A DNA stretch of 64,000 nucleotides from Patescibacteria group bacterium (GCA_040757555.1 JBFLWN010000001.1:53128-117127); one strand, 5' to 3'. Counted from the first letter of the stretch, positions 1-8,477 are shown. The notes: generated by a model from the sequence alone, not told the origin. Program-made: numbers and translations.

Positions 1-977
1 TCAAACTCTATGCAACAGGAAATTTTAATGTTTATGATCTTGGCGATCTTCTCTATAAAAAGGGGCTACGGACCAAACGCGGAGAAAAGATTGCTCCAAG
101 TCGTTTGTACGATATGCTGAAAAACCGCGTTTATCTTGGGGAAATTGTCTGGGGTGGTATGCATATAAAAGATGGAAAACATCCGCCACTCATTGATGAG
201 GGAACGTTTTCTGCAGTTCAAAGTATGCTCTCAAGTCATTCACACCATGCGTGTAGACGAAGAAAATACTCGTGGCTTCTTAATGGTTTCCTATTTTGTC
301 CAGATCACGGAAGGAGATTTACCGCCGAATGGCACCTCGACAAAAAACTCGCATATTATCACTGTAGTAACAAACACGGATGTGGACGATATATAGAAGC
401 GTCGAAAATGGAGGAAATGGTATCAGATAAATTCAACGACATACAATTCACAGATGAATTTATAGAAATAGTTACTGAAAAAACAAAAAGAATATTTTAC
501 CGGAGCAAAAAGGAATATGAACGACAACGACAGGGATTTATAAACAGAAAAACCGCACTTGAAGCAAAACGAACATCCGCAGAAAATAAACTCTTTGAAA
601 ATATTATATCGGATGAAGATTTTTCAAGAATACGAAAAGAGATAAATAAGGAAATCGATATCATAGAAGGATCGCTTTCAGAATTAGCGGAGCGTTACGA
701 AATACAAGTTGATATTTGCCAAGAAATCATGCAATTTATGCGAGATATTCGATCCGCCTATGAAAGTGCCTCTCCGACATTAAAACGTCATTATCTGGCG
801 TTCTTCTGGGAAAGATTCGAAGTTCTTGACGGGGTTATAATAAAATCCGTTCCTTCCCTACTTGTTCGTGAACTTTTGAAGGAAAAACAGATATACCTCA
901 AAAAAGAAAATCCCCAATTATCTGGGAATTCTCTTATGTTTTCGGAGGTTATATTAAACTCCTCTCTGGGTGCCTGA
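1..977 (+). CDS. Large serine recombinase, C-terminal part (recombinase + zinc-ribbon + coiled coil); 5' end outside the window
   Basis: LKNRVYLG..GKHPPLIDEGTF..VQ motif, LLNGFLFCxxH..YYxC..C zinc ribbon and a coiled coil. The stop codon lies inside tRNA-His. Confidence 0.85.
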   Translation, partial: KLYATGNFNVYDLGDLLYKKGLRTKRGEKIAPSRLYDMLKNRVYLGEIVWGGMHIKDGKHPPLIDEGTFSAVQSMLSSHSHHACRRRKYSWLLNGFLFCPDHGRRFTAEWHLDKKLAYYHCSNKHGCGRYIEASKMEEMVSDKFNDIQFTDEFIEIVTEKTKRIFYRSKKEYERQRQGFINRKTALEAKRTSAENKLFENIISDEDFSRIRKEINKEIDIIEGSLSELAERYEIQVDICQEIMQFMRDIRSAYESASPTLKRHYLAFFWERFEVLDGVIIKSVPSLLVRELLKEKQIYLKKENPQLSGNSLMFSEVILNSSLGA

Positions 978-1041
978 CGGGGGTCGAACCCGCGACATCT
1001 CGCTCCACAGGCGAGCGCTCTACCACTGAGCTACAGGCACC
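969..1041 (-). tRNA. tRNA-His (GTG)
   Basis: Cloverleaf GGTGCCTGTAGCTCAGTGGTAGAGC..CT GTG GA..GGTTCGACCC..CAGGCACC with G-1/C73. Confidence 0.95.
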
Positions 1042-1134
1042 ATGCGTTCTGCCTACGGCAGAGAATTTCTAACGTCTAATTTTAAAATTATAAATGAAAA
1101 ATAAGACAAATTCAGAATACAATTTTTTCTACTT

Positions 1135-1539
1135 TTATTCAACCTTAGATGTTTTTGCATCTCTTCGAGACTTCTTTTTTTGATAACGAAGACGTTTACG
1201 ATGGAGACGCTCCTCTATCGAGCCTTGATGGGGCCCCGTGGGAATACGAGGTTTCTCTTCGTGAAGCGCCTCTTCAATCAACTCATTTAATTTTTCAATT
1301 GCCCGATCTCTATTTTGTTCTTGCGCCCGCTCTTCATCACTTTCTGTCTCAAGTTCGTCTCGTTCGTTTATCTTATTCGCAAGTTTAATTCTTATTTTCT
1401 TTTTTTTCGCTTCCGAGATATCCAGATCATTGATATTCACCCATGCCTGTATGCGCGTTGATCGTTTATTTACGTTTTGTCCACCGGGACCACTTGATCG
1501 TGATGTTTTTATTTTTATATTTTCATTATTTACAAACAT
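1135..1539 (-). CDS. arfB: Alternative ribosome-rescue factor / peptidyl-tRNA hydrolase ArfB
   Basis: SRSSGPGGQNVNK (GGQ) motif and basic C-terminal tail; start taken at MFVNNE. Confidence 0.9.
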   Translation of the reverse strand: MFVNNENIKIKTSRSSGPGGQNVNKRSTRIQAWVNINDLDISEAKKKKIRIKLANKINERDELETESDEERAQEQNRDRAIEKLNELIEEALHEEKPRIPTGPHQGSIEERLHRKRLRYQKKKSRRDAKTSKVE

Positions 1540-1597
1540 ATTGCTAAAAACTTCCAATATAAAAATTATACGGTATAATGGGTACGTGGACAATTTA

Positions 1598-2248
1598 ATG
1601 GAGATTGTGGGTTCGTGGATTTTACAAAATCCAACGTGGACCGATGCAATTTTAGGCATAAGCATGATTATTCAAGGAGAACTTACCATTCTCCTTGCTA
1701 TGTATTTGGCAATTAGTGGCAAAATAACGTGGCTTCAGTTTGTTGTACCAACCCTCGGCGCAATTATGTTCGCTGAGGTATTTATTTATCTTATCGGAAA
1801 GAATATCCGCAATACCCGATTCGGATGGAGACTTTCAAAAAAAATGAAAGGAAATAAAAGAGTGCAAACGTACACCTACTATCTGAAACAAAATATGACA
1901 AAACTACTAATTATTACAAAATTTATCCCCGCAACGAATCTTATGATTATGAGCCTTATTGGATGGACAAGAACGAAATTTAAAGATTTTTTTCCTTCAT
2001 ATATAAAAAGTCTTTTAGTGTGGTTTTTGAGCATGACTGTTGTTGCCTATTTCCTTATGTCGGGACTCCACTACTTAAGCTCCACAAAGGTATTTAAACA
2101 GGCTGAAATCGGAATTGTAGTGATTTTTGTGCTTATTTTTGCGGGGGAACATATTTTGAGCAAACTCTTCAAAAAATACACTTCGATTGAGGAAAAAGCG
2201 GAACTTATCGGAGAATCAGTCGAAGAAAAATTCGAAGAAAAAGGATAA
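1598..2248 (+). CDS. DedA/SNARE-associated family membrane protein
   Basis: Several hydrophobic segments, YLIGK and ITKFIP (DedA RFxP-like) motifs. Confidence 0.7.
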   Translation: MEIVGSWILQNPTWTDAILGISMIIQGELTILLAMYLAISGKITWLQFVVPTLGAIMFAEVFIYLIGKNIRNTRFGWRLSKKMKGNKRVQTYTYYLKQNMTKLLIITKFIPATNLMIMSLIGWTRTKFKDFFPSYIKSLLVWFLSMTVVAYFLMSGLHYLSSTKVFKQAEIGIVVIFVLIFAGEHILSKLFKKYTSIEEKAELIGESVEEKFEEKG

Positions 2249-2254
2249 TAAAAC

Positions 2255-2287
2255 AAAAAATCCCCAGAATTTCTGGGGATTTTTTTA
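2255..2287. terminator. Bidirectional intrinsic terminator
   Basis: aaaaaatccccagaa-t-ttctggggatttttt between convergent genes. Confidence 0.8.
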
Positions 2288-3268
2288 TTTTTTACGATCG
2301 GGAATTCTCAAGAGAAAATTTCCTTTTGGAATTCCACTTTTGTTCTTGATATGAGTGTTTGCTCGGGTAAGTTCTTTGAGCGAAATATCATGTCCATTGT
2401 TTCGTAATTCCGACAAGAAAACTTTCCATGGGGTAAACTTCGAAAAATACTTTTCAATCACCACCATCTTGGGCCCCCCATAAGTTACTCCCTCTACAAA
2501 TCCATAGTGTTCTGGATTTTCAAGTATGAGCTTCAAGGCAATCATACATGGAATATATCGCTCGGTCTCACGGGGAAGTGAAAATAATTTGAAATATGAC
2601 TTTTCGCCGTCGGTGTGTATTGCCTTCCATATCCTTCCTGGACCCGCATTATAACTTGCGAGTGCAAACCACCAACTTTCCTCTTCACTGAATGTCTTTC
2701 GAAATTCTTGATAAAGGGTTTTCATCTCACTACACGATGCACGTGTCGCGCTCTCGAGTTGTCGTCTTTCATCAATATTATTATCCACCTTCAATCCATT
2801 ATGAATCGCAGTGCTCCGTATAAATTGCCAAAACCCCGTTGCACCCTTTGACGAAACGGCATTTGAATTGAATCCGGATTCTCCGATGCCCACAAATTTC
2901 ATATCAGTCGGCACTCCTTCTTCTTTAAATATTGGATCAATAATTGGTGAATACTCCTTAAGAAGACCGAGATATGAAACTATTCTCCATCTGTTTTTTG
3001 TGTTGGTAAAAAACCGTATCCATTCATCGGTATCTTCCCAAACGCCAAATACCTCAAATGGGACTCGCCCGCCAAAAAAGTAAACCGTATCGGGAATATA
3101 GGGAAAATCTGGAACAGGAAGCGGTGATTTAATACTTTGAATCTGAGCATATACATCTCCGTATCGCTTGTTGTTCTCAACTTTTGTGTCTATAACCAAA
3201 AAAAGAATAAAACACAAAACGAACACGAAAAGATATTTCGGCATTCCTCGTGTATTCGGTGCCATCAT
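2285..3268 (-). CDS. Lytic murein transglycosylase (MltD-like SLT domain)
   Basis: ESGFN..AVSSKGATGFWQF, VDxxIDERR, ALASYNAG and LPRETERY motifs; N-terminal membrane anchor. Confidence 0.9.
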   Translation of the reverse strand: MMAPNTRGMPKYLFVFVLCFILFLVIDTKVENNKRYGDVYAQIQSIKSPLPVPDFPYIPDTVYFFGGRVPFEVFGVWEDTDEWIRFFTNTKNRWRIVSYLGLLKEYSPIIDPIFKEEGVPTDMKFVGIGESGFNSNAVSSKGATGFWQFIRSTAIHNGLKVDNNIDERRQLESATRASCSEMKTLYQEFRKTFSEEESWWFALASYNAGPGRIWKAIHTDGEKSYFKLFSLPRETERYIPCMIALKLILENPEHYGFVEGVTYGGPKMVVIEKYFSKFTPWKVFLSELRNNGHDISLKELTRANTHIKNKSGIPKGNFLLRIPDRKK

Positions 3269-3331
3269 TATTTCTCCTTTGAAAGTTAATTTTCTACTTT
3301 CAGAGTAATAAAAACACCCAATGAATACAAG

Positions 3332-3661
3332 TTAACTCCGTATGTTATTTATCTTCGCTGCAAGTATAAAATCATTTTCCGAAAGCCCTCCAATCGCATG
3401 TGTCCAAAGCTCAATCTGCACCTTATTGTAGAAAACATGGAGATCCGGATGGTGTCCTTCTTTTTCTGCAATTTCCGCAATATTATTTACAAATTGTATC
3501 GCCTGTAAAAAATCGGGAAGTGTAAATTCTTTTGAAATCTTTTTCCCTTCTTCAACCATATTCCATCCCAATACCTCAGCCAAATATTTCTGCGACTCCT
3601 CTTTCGTCATAGGTTTTATTCCCCCCTCGCATGGCACACATTTTTTGTTTAATAGATCCAT
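3332..3661 (-). CDS. Pterin-4-alpha-carbinolamine dehydratase
   Basis: CVPCEGG and EGHHPDL..WTHAIGGLSENDFILAAKI. Confidence 0.9.
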   Translation of the reverse strand: MDLLNKKCVPCEGGIKPMTKEESQKYLAEVLGWNMVEEGKKISKEFTLPDFLQAIQFVNNIAEIAEKEGHHPDLHVFYNKVQIELWTHAIGGLSENDFILAAKINNIRS

Positions 3662-3713
3662 GGAATTAGTATAGATCATATTGTATTAAGTATTAAACAC
3701 TTATTACTAACAG

Positions 3714-3941
3714 AAAATCCGCCGAATGGCGGATTCTTTTGTGCCGCGGGGGTGAATCGCCCGCGACTCAAATACTCGCCGTCGCTCGTATTTGGTCTGG
3801 GCACCACCTCGCGGTGTAATGTGCTCATTACACAACGCTCCGGTGTTCGATTTACCACACACACACAAAGCAGTTTGTGTGCTCCCCGACAAAACAAAAT
3901 CCGCCGAATGGCGGATTCTTTTGTGCCGCGGGGGTGAATCG
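3714..3941 (-). repeat. tRNA-Phe 3'-anchored structured element (family A) bounded by 46-bp direct repeats
   Basis: aaaatccgccgaatggcggattcttttgtgccgcgggggtgaatcg at 3714-3759 and 3896-3941; internal core shared with 40718-40893 and 47611-47815. Confidence 0.85.
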
Positions 3942-3995
3942 AACACCCGACGCCAGCCTCTTCAGGGCTGCGCTCTACCACTGAGCTACCGCGGC
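3924..3995 (-). tRNA. tRNA-Phe (GAA)
   Basis: Cloverleaf, anticodon arm CAGCC-CTGAAGA-GGCTG. Confidence 0.95.
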
Positions 3996-4124
3996 ATTTC
4001 AATTGTCAATTTCTACATATTCGAGAATACCATACACATTTTTGTTTTTCAATTACCGACGAAAATTCATTTATTTAGTGCAACAATTAATGTTATACTT
4101 AAAAAACAATACAGGTTATAGATC

Positions 4125-4823
4125 ATGGAACAAAAAAACAAACAACCCGTTCTCACGGTAGAAGATCTCTCCCTTGTGATCGACGGAAAGAAAATACTGA
4201 AGGATATTTCATTTTCTATAATCCCGGAAGAAGTACTCGCCATTATCGGACCCAACGGATCCGGAAAATCTATGCTTCTCAAAACTCTTGTGGGTATCCG
4301 CACCCCAACATCAGGAACCATCACGTGGGCGCCCAATACGAAAGTTGGATATCTTCCTCAACGATTTCAAGTCGATCATTATCTCCCGATGACTATAGAA
4401 GAATTTCTATCGCTCAAAAAAAATCCTGAATATTCACTAAGTGAAGTTTTTTCACTTGTAAAAATAGAAAAGGGGTGGCGCACGAAAAATCTCGCCCATC
4501 TTTCAAGTGGACAATTGCAAAAAATACTTCTCGCATGGGCGGTTATTGATAAACCAGAGATACTTCTTTTTGATGAACCGATGGAAAATGTCGATATTGC
4601 TGGGCAAGAATCGATTTATCGTCTTCTTTATGAACTCCAGGAGACGCTCCATGTCGCCCTTGTTATCGTTTCACATGATTTAAATCTCGTGTATCGCTAT
4701 GCCGACCAAGTGCTTTGTCTCAACCAAAAAATGCTCTGCTACGGGGCACCACATGATGAACTTACCGAAAAAAGGATAAAAGAACTATTCGACACCCATA
4801 CACTTTTCCATCATACCCACTAA
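4125..4823 (+). CDS. Zn/Mn ABC transporter ATP-binding protein (ZnuC-like)
   Basis: GPNGSGKS Walker A, LSSGQ signature, LLFDEP, His-rich tail. Confidence 0.9.
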   Translation: MEQKNKQPVLTVEDLSLVIDGKKILKDISFSIIPEEVLAIIGPNGSGKSMLLKTLVGIRTPTSGTITWAPNTKVGYLPQRFQVDHYLPMTIEEFLSLKKNPEYSLSEVFSLVKIEKGWRTKNLAHLSSGQLQKILLAWAVIDKPEILLFDEPMENVDIAGQESIYRLLYELQETLHVALVIVSHDLNLVYRYADQVLCLNQKMLCYGAPHDELTEKRIKELFDTHTLFHHTH

Positions 4824-4826
4824 TTT

Positions 4827-5597
4827 ATGACTGACTATTTTATTTACACGCTTATCTCCGGTGCATTTGTCGCTATTGCGAGCGGACTTATTGGTTCGTT
4901 TCTTGTGTTAAAAAAAATGACGCTTATGAGCGACGCACTTTCACACGTCGCGCTTCCCGGTATCGCGCTCGGAGTAATTTTCAAGTTTGAACCAATCATC
5001 GGAGGCCTCTTATTCCTCTTCCTCTCGATTATTCTCATCTGGGGAATAGAAAACAAGACAAAACTCGCCACCGAATCGATTACCGGCGTTCTTTTTGTGA
5101 CTGCACTTGCGGTAGGTTCAATACTCATCAGTGAAACAGAACTTCTCGAAGCGTTTTTTGGAAATGTCGAAGATATTTCTCCTCTACAACTCCTTATTCA
5201 AACAATTATCGCAATTGGGATTATTGGTATTGTCGCAAAGAATTTCAAGTCACTTATGCTCGTTTCTATCGCTCCCGATCTCACCTACTCCGAAAAAATA
5301 TCGCGAACAAAACTAGAACTCCTTCTCCTTGTTCTCATTGCACTCACCATTTCGATTGGAATTGGTTTCGTGGGAGTGCTCCTTATGAGCGCACTTTCAA
5401 TCATTCCTGCCGTTACTGCGCGGAATCTCTCAAGAAATCTCAAGATGTATATATGGTGGAGTATGTTTATCGCAACTCTATCACTCATCGGAGGAATAAT
5501 CATTTCACACTTCACCCAATCAATGAATCCCGGTGTTGCCACTGTCCTTATTAGTACATTCTTCTTTTTGATAAGTCTCTTCGGAATAAGAAAATAA
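4827..5597 (+). CDS. Zn/Mn ABC transporter permease (ZnuB-like)
   Basis: DALSHVALPGIA motif and multiple TM helices. Confidence 0.9.
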   Translation: MTDYFIYTLISGAFVAIASGLIGSFLVLKKMTLMSDALSHVALPGIALGVIFKFEPIIGGLLFLFLSIILIWGIENKTKLATESITGVLFVTALAVGSILISETELLEAFFGNVEDISPLQLLIQTIIAIGIIGIVAKNFKSLMLVSIAPDLTYSEKISRTKLELLLLVLIALTISIGIGFVGVLLMSALSIIPAVTARNLSRNLKMYIWWSMFIATLSLIGGIIISHFTQSMNPGVATVLISTFFFLISLFGIRK

Positions 5598-5635
5598 AAA
5601 AATACCCTTACTTTTCTGTAGGGTATTTTATTCTT

Positions 5636-5854
5636 TTAATCTTCTGATTCTTGGGGTCTTTCTTTTTTTACAAAACACTTCTTTCTTGTGCATTTAAATT
5701 CCTCTTTTCCTCTGTACGGAACACCCGTGTGGCGCTTATTATGTTCTCTTTCAATAAGTTTTGTGAGAAATTCCTCAATAGGTATTTCATCTTCATTCGC
5801 AAGATTTGTTACCAATTCGGCGATTTTTCCGGTAAGTACAATGCTCTCTGCCAT
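5636..5854 (-). CDS. Small hypothetical protein
   Basis: MAESIVL.. start preceded by an AAGGAGGT Shine-Dalgarno sequence. Confidence 0.55.
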   Translation of the reverse strand: MAESIVLTGKIAELVTNLANEDEIPIEEFLTKLIEREHNKRHTGVPYRGKEEFKCTRKKCFVKKERPQESED

Positions 5855-5955
5855 TGATACCTCCTTTTTATTATTGATAATTCTGAAAAAACTATACTCC
5901 AAACAAAAGGGGAAAACAATAAACACCGCAAGAATGCGGTGTTTATTGTTTTTTG

Positions 5956-6027
5956 TACCCCGAGCAGGAATCGAACCCACATTAAGGCCTTAGAAGAGCC
6001 CTGTTCTATCCATTGAACTATCGGGGC
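5956..6027 (-). tRNA. tRNA-Arg (TCT)
   Basis: Cloverleaf GCCCCGATAGTTCAATGGATAGAAC..CTTCTAA..GGTTCGATTCC. Confidence 0.93.
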
Positions 6028-6097
6028 AGCACATCTCTAACTTTCGCAAAAAAAAGAGAAAACTGCAAGAAAATCTTTTTGTCTTCCGTTTTTAGTC

Positions 6098-7261
6098 TTA
6101 CCTCAGCTCTGCGCCAAATTGAGATGCGGTTTCTTTATAAAGCGTATCCTGAATTTTATCAACTTCTTCGGACACTAATGTGCGATCGCTCGCGCGATAC
6201 ACCGCACGAAATGTGTAGCTTACACGATTCGGTCCAAATTTTTTTTCATCTTCATATTTATCGAGTAATTGAACCTCCTCAACAAGATCGCCTCCAATAT
6301 CCCGAATCACGTCATAATATTGATTCACAAAAAAATCTTTTCCGACAACGAATGAAATATCTCTTGTGATCGGAGGAAACTTACTCACCTCTTTATATTT
6401 ATTTCCGAGCACCAACTGTTTTATCACGCGTGGATCCTCCGAACGCAACAAACGAATATCAGGAAGTTCCATACTCACAATTGCGAGTCGTTCCGCACCA
6501 AATCCAAACGCCCATCCCGAATATTGTTTCGGATCAACCCCGAGTTTCTCGAGCACCACGGGACGCACCATCCCCCCTCCCAACACCTCAATCCACTGCC
6601 CATTTCTTTCGATTTCCATTTCGACACTCGGATCCGTATAGGGAAATGTATCCTCATTAAAACGGAATTTAATATCTTCTCCAAAGATTGCTTTTGCGAT
6701 TTTTCCAAGAATATTTTTTAATTCATCAAACGGCACTATTTTGTCGCTTGTGGGATGTAAATACCATCCGTCGATTTGATGAAAGACATTCAAATGAAAT
6801 CGATCGATTTCGTCCTTGCGATACACCTTCCCGTACGACAGCGAACCGAGTGGTTGATTGTTTTTTATCCTCTCCTGTATCTCTTTTGATTTCACGTAGT
6901 AATACCACATGATAGTCGTGTGAGTGCGGAGAATATATTCATCATTCACAAAATAGGTGTCCGATGCGCTCCGAGCCGGATGTTCGGGAGGAAAATTAAA
7001 CAAATCGAAACTTTGATCCGCGCGGACAATTTCGGGAACCTGAATATGATCAAAATTTTTAAATTCGGGGATACCAAAAATACGCGTTGCAACTTCACAT
7101 ATCGGGTGTCCTTGGGCGCGTGTTTGATCGGAAAGTGCAAGAAAGCGTGTTAAACGCATACTATCCGCATCATCCTTTTTTTTGAGCTCCTCACGTAACC
7201 GCGCTTCCTCGGGCGAAGTTATATTTAAACGAAGTTTTGGTAAATTTTCGTAGAATTCCAT
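6098..7261 (-). CDS. pheS: Phenylalanine-tRNA ligase, monomeric organellar-type (catalytic core fused to FDX-ACB anticodon-binding domain)
   Basis: HPARSxSDTYF, LRTHTT, VYRKDEID..FHQID, GWAFGFGAERLA, followed by C-terminal FPPITRDISF..YRASDRTL. Confidence 0.88.
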   Translation of the reverse strand: MEFYENLPKLRLNITSPEEARLREELKKKDDADSMRLTRFLALSDQTRAQGHPICEVATRIFGIPEFKNFDHIQVPEIVRADQSFDLFNFPPEHPARSASDTYFVNDEYILRTHTTIMWYYYVKSKEIQERIKNNQPLGSLSYGKVYRKDEIDRFHLNVFHQIDGWYLHPTSDKIVPFDELKNILGKIAKAIFGEDIKFRFNEDTFPYTDPSVEMEIERNGQWIEVLGGGMVRPVVLEKLGVDPKQYSGWAFGFGAERLAIVSMELPDIRLLRSEDPRVIKQLVLGNKYKEVSKFPPITRDISFVVGKDFFVNQYYDVIRDIGGDLVEEVQLLDKYEDEKKFGPNRVSYTFRAVYRASDRTLVSEEVDKIQDTLYKETASQFGAELR

Positions 7262-7267
7262 ATAAAT

Positions 7268-7330
7268 AAAAACCCTCTTTGTACAAGGGGTTCAAATTAC
7301 TAATAAGAATGAGAAAAGAACCCCCTTATG
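7268..7330 (-). promoter_or_regulatory. Attenuator: terminator and antiterminator upstream of pheS
   Basis: On the minus strand, terminator aaccccttgtacaaagagggttttt; upstream ataagggggttc can pair with gaaccccttgt. Confidence 0.75.
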
Positions 7331-7332
7331 GG

Positions 7333-7377
7333 CTAAGTAAAGAAAAATCTAAAGAATTTCTTTGCGACTTTTTTCAT
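7333..7377 (-). CDS. Phe-rich leader peptide MKKVAKKFFRFFFT (pheM-like)
   Basis: 14-codon ORF with 5 Phe codons directly upstream of the attenuator and pheS. Confidence 0.8.
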   Translation of the reverse strand: MKKVAKKFFRFFFT

Positions 7378-7475
7378 TGTAGAAATAGTATACACAATTC
7401 ATCTCGGAGAATCAAACTTTGTTTGCTATCTCCATACTCATTGCAAAAAGGAGTCTTTTTCTGTTATTATGGTTC

Positions 7476-7547
7476 CGCGGGGAAGAGTAACGGTTGCTCG
7501 CAAGGCTCATAACCTTGAGGTAGTAGGTTCAATTCCTGCCCCCGCAA
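7476..7547 (+). tRNA. tRNA-fMet (CAT), initiator
   Basis: CGCGGGG..CCCCGCA with C1xA72 mismatch; anticodon loop CTCATAA. Confidence 0.88.
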
Positions 7548-7591
7548 CAAAAAATAATATAAAGGTCATTTTGTAAAAAACAATATATAAC

Positions 7592-8041
7592 ATGTCTTAC
7601 GAAAAAATAGAGGACACCGATGTATTAGAAGAAAATGATGTGGTGGAAAAAGAAAAAACCGAAGGAGAAAATGATGGATTATACGAAATTTCGGTTGAAA
7701 AACACAATAAAGATCAATTTGGAGCATTTGCACAAAGAAAGGAATTAAGGGTTTCGGGAAATCAACTTGATGCACATTATTCTGACCAAACTCCGGATGA
7801 AGTAAACGAGGCAATGGATAACCTCATTGAAGAGGGTGAAGAGGACGGAGGCGAGACATCAGACGAGTTAATTTCCAAAAATAAAAACTTCATTGAGGGA
7901 AAAACTGGAAAAAAAATTGCCGGAATAAAAGCAAAATATTTTATCACAAACGAGCAGTGGAAAAATATGGATGAAAACGAAAGGAAGGAACTCCTTAAGA
8001 AGAAACAAGAAGAAATTAATAATTTGTACATAAAAAAATAA
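7592..8041 (+). CDS. Acidic hypothetical protein
   Basis: 149-aa ORF between tRNAs followed by a hairpin. Confidence 0.6.
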   Translation: MSYEKIEDTDVLEENDVVEKEKTEGENDGLYEISVEKHNKDQFGAFAQRKELRVSGNQLDAHYSDQTPDEVNEAMDNLIEEGEEDGGETSDELISKNKNFIEGKTGKKIAGIKAKYFITNEQWKNMDENERKELLKKKQEEINNLYIKK

Positions 8042-8066
8042 GATAGGAGGAAATATTCCTCCTTAT

Positions 8067-8139
8067 GGCGGAGTAGCTCAGTGGTTAGAGCGAGCGCTTC
8101 ATAAGCGTTAGGCCGTGGGTTCAATTCCCACCTCCGCTA
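8067..8139 (+). tRNA. tRNA (CAT), elongator Met or Ile2
   Basis: GGCGGAGTAGCTCAGTGGTTAGAGC..TTCATAA..GGTTCAATTCCC. Confidence 0.9.
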
Positions 8140-8193
8140 CGGAGTAATCCAAATTGCAAAAAAATATACTGATTGATACACTAAATGAAGCTT

Positions 8194-8267
8194 GCGGGTG
8201 TAGCTCAGCTGGTTAGAGCGTCCGCCTGTCACGCGGAAGGTCGCCGGTTCAAGTCCGGTCGCCCGCG
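8194..8267 (+). tRNA. tRNA-Asp (GTC)
   Basis: Cloverleaf, anticodon arm TCCGC-CTGTCAC-GCGGA. Confidence 0.95.
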
Positions 8268-8477
8268 CAAGCAAATATAGAACTGTCCTAAATGGGCAGT
8301 TTTATATTTATTCTGTACGACTGGACTTGAACGGGAAAGGGGTCGGGAAAACGGAAGTTTTCCCGTGGTGGAGCACATGAACCGCTAGGTTCATGAGAGT
8401 GATATTATTCAATATCGCGATGTGAAATGTCCTCGCCCGCGCAAGCAAATATAGAACTGTCCTAAATGGGCAGTTTT
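8259..8477 (+). repeat. tRNA-Asp 3'-anchored structured element (family B) bounded by 45-bp direct repeats
   Basis: tcgcccgcgcaagcaaatatagaactgtcctaaatgggcagtttt at 8259-8303 and 8433-8477; core shared with 45211-45396. Confidence 0.85.

Noticed and set aside
3676-4121. ORFs 3676-4002, 3707-3946, 3752-3937 and 3792-4121
   Set aside because: They overlap tRNA-Phe and the structured repeat, so they are spurious translations.
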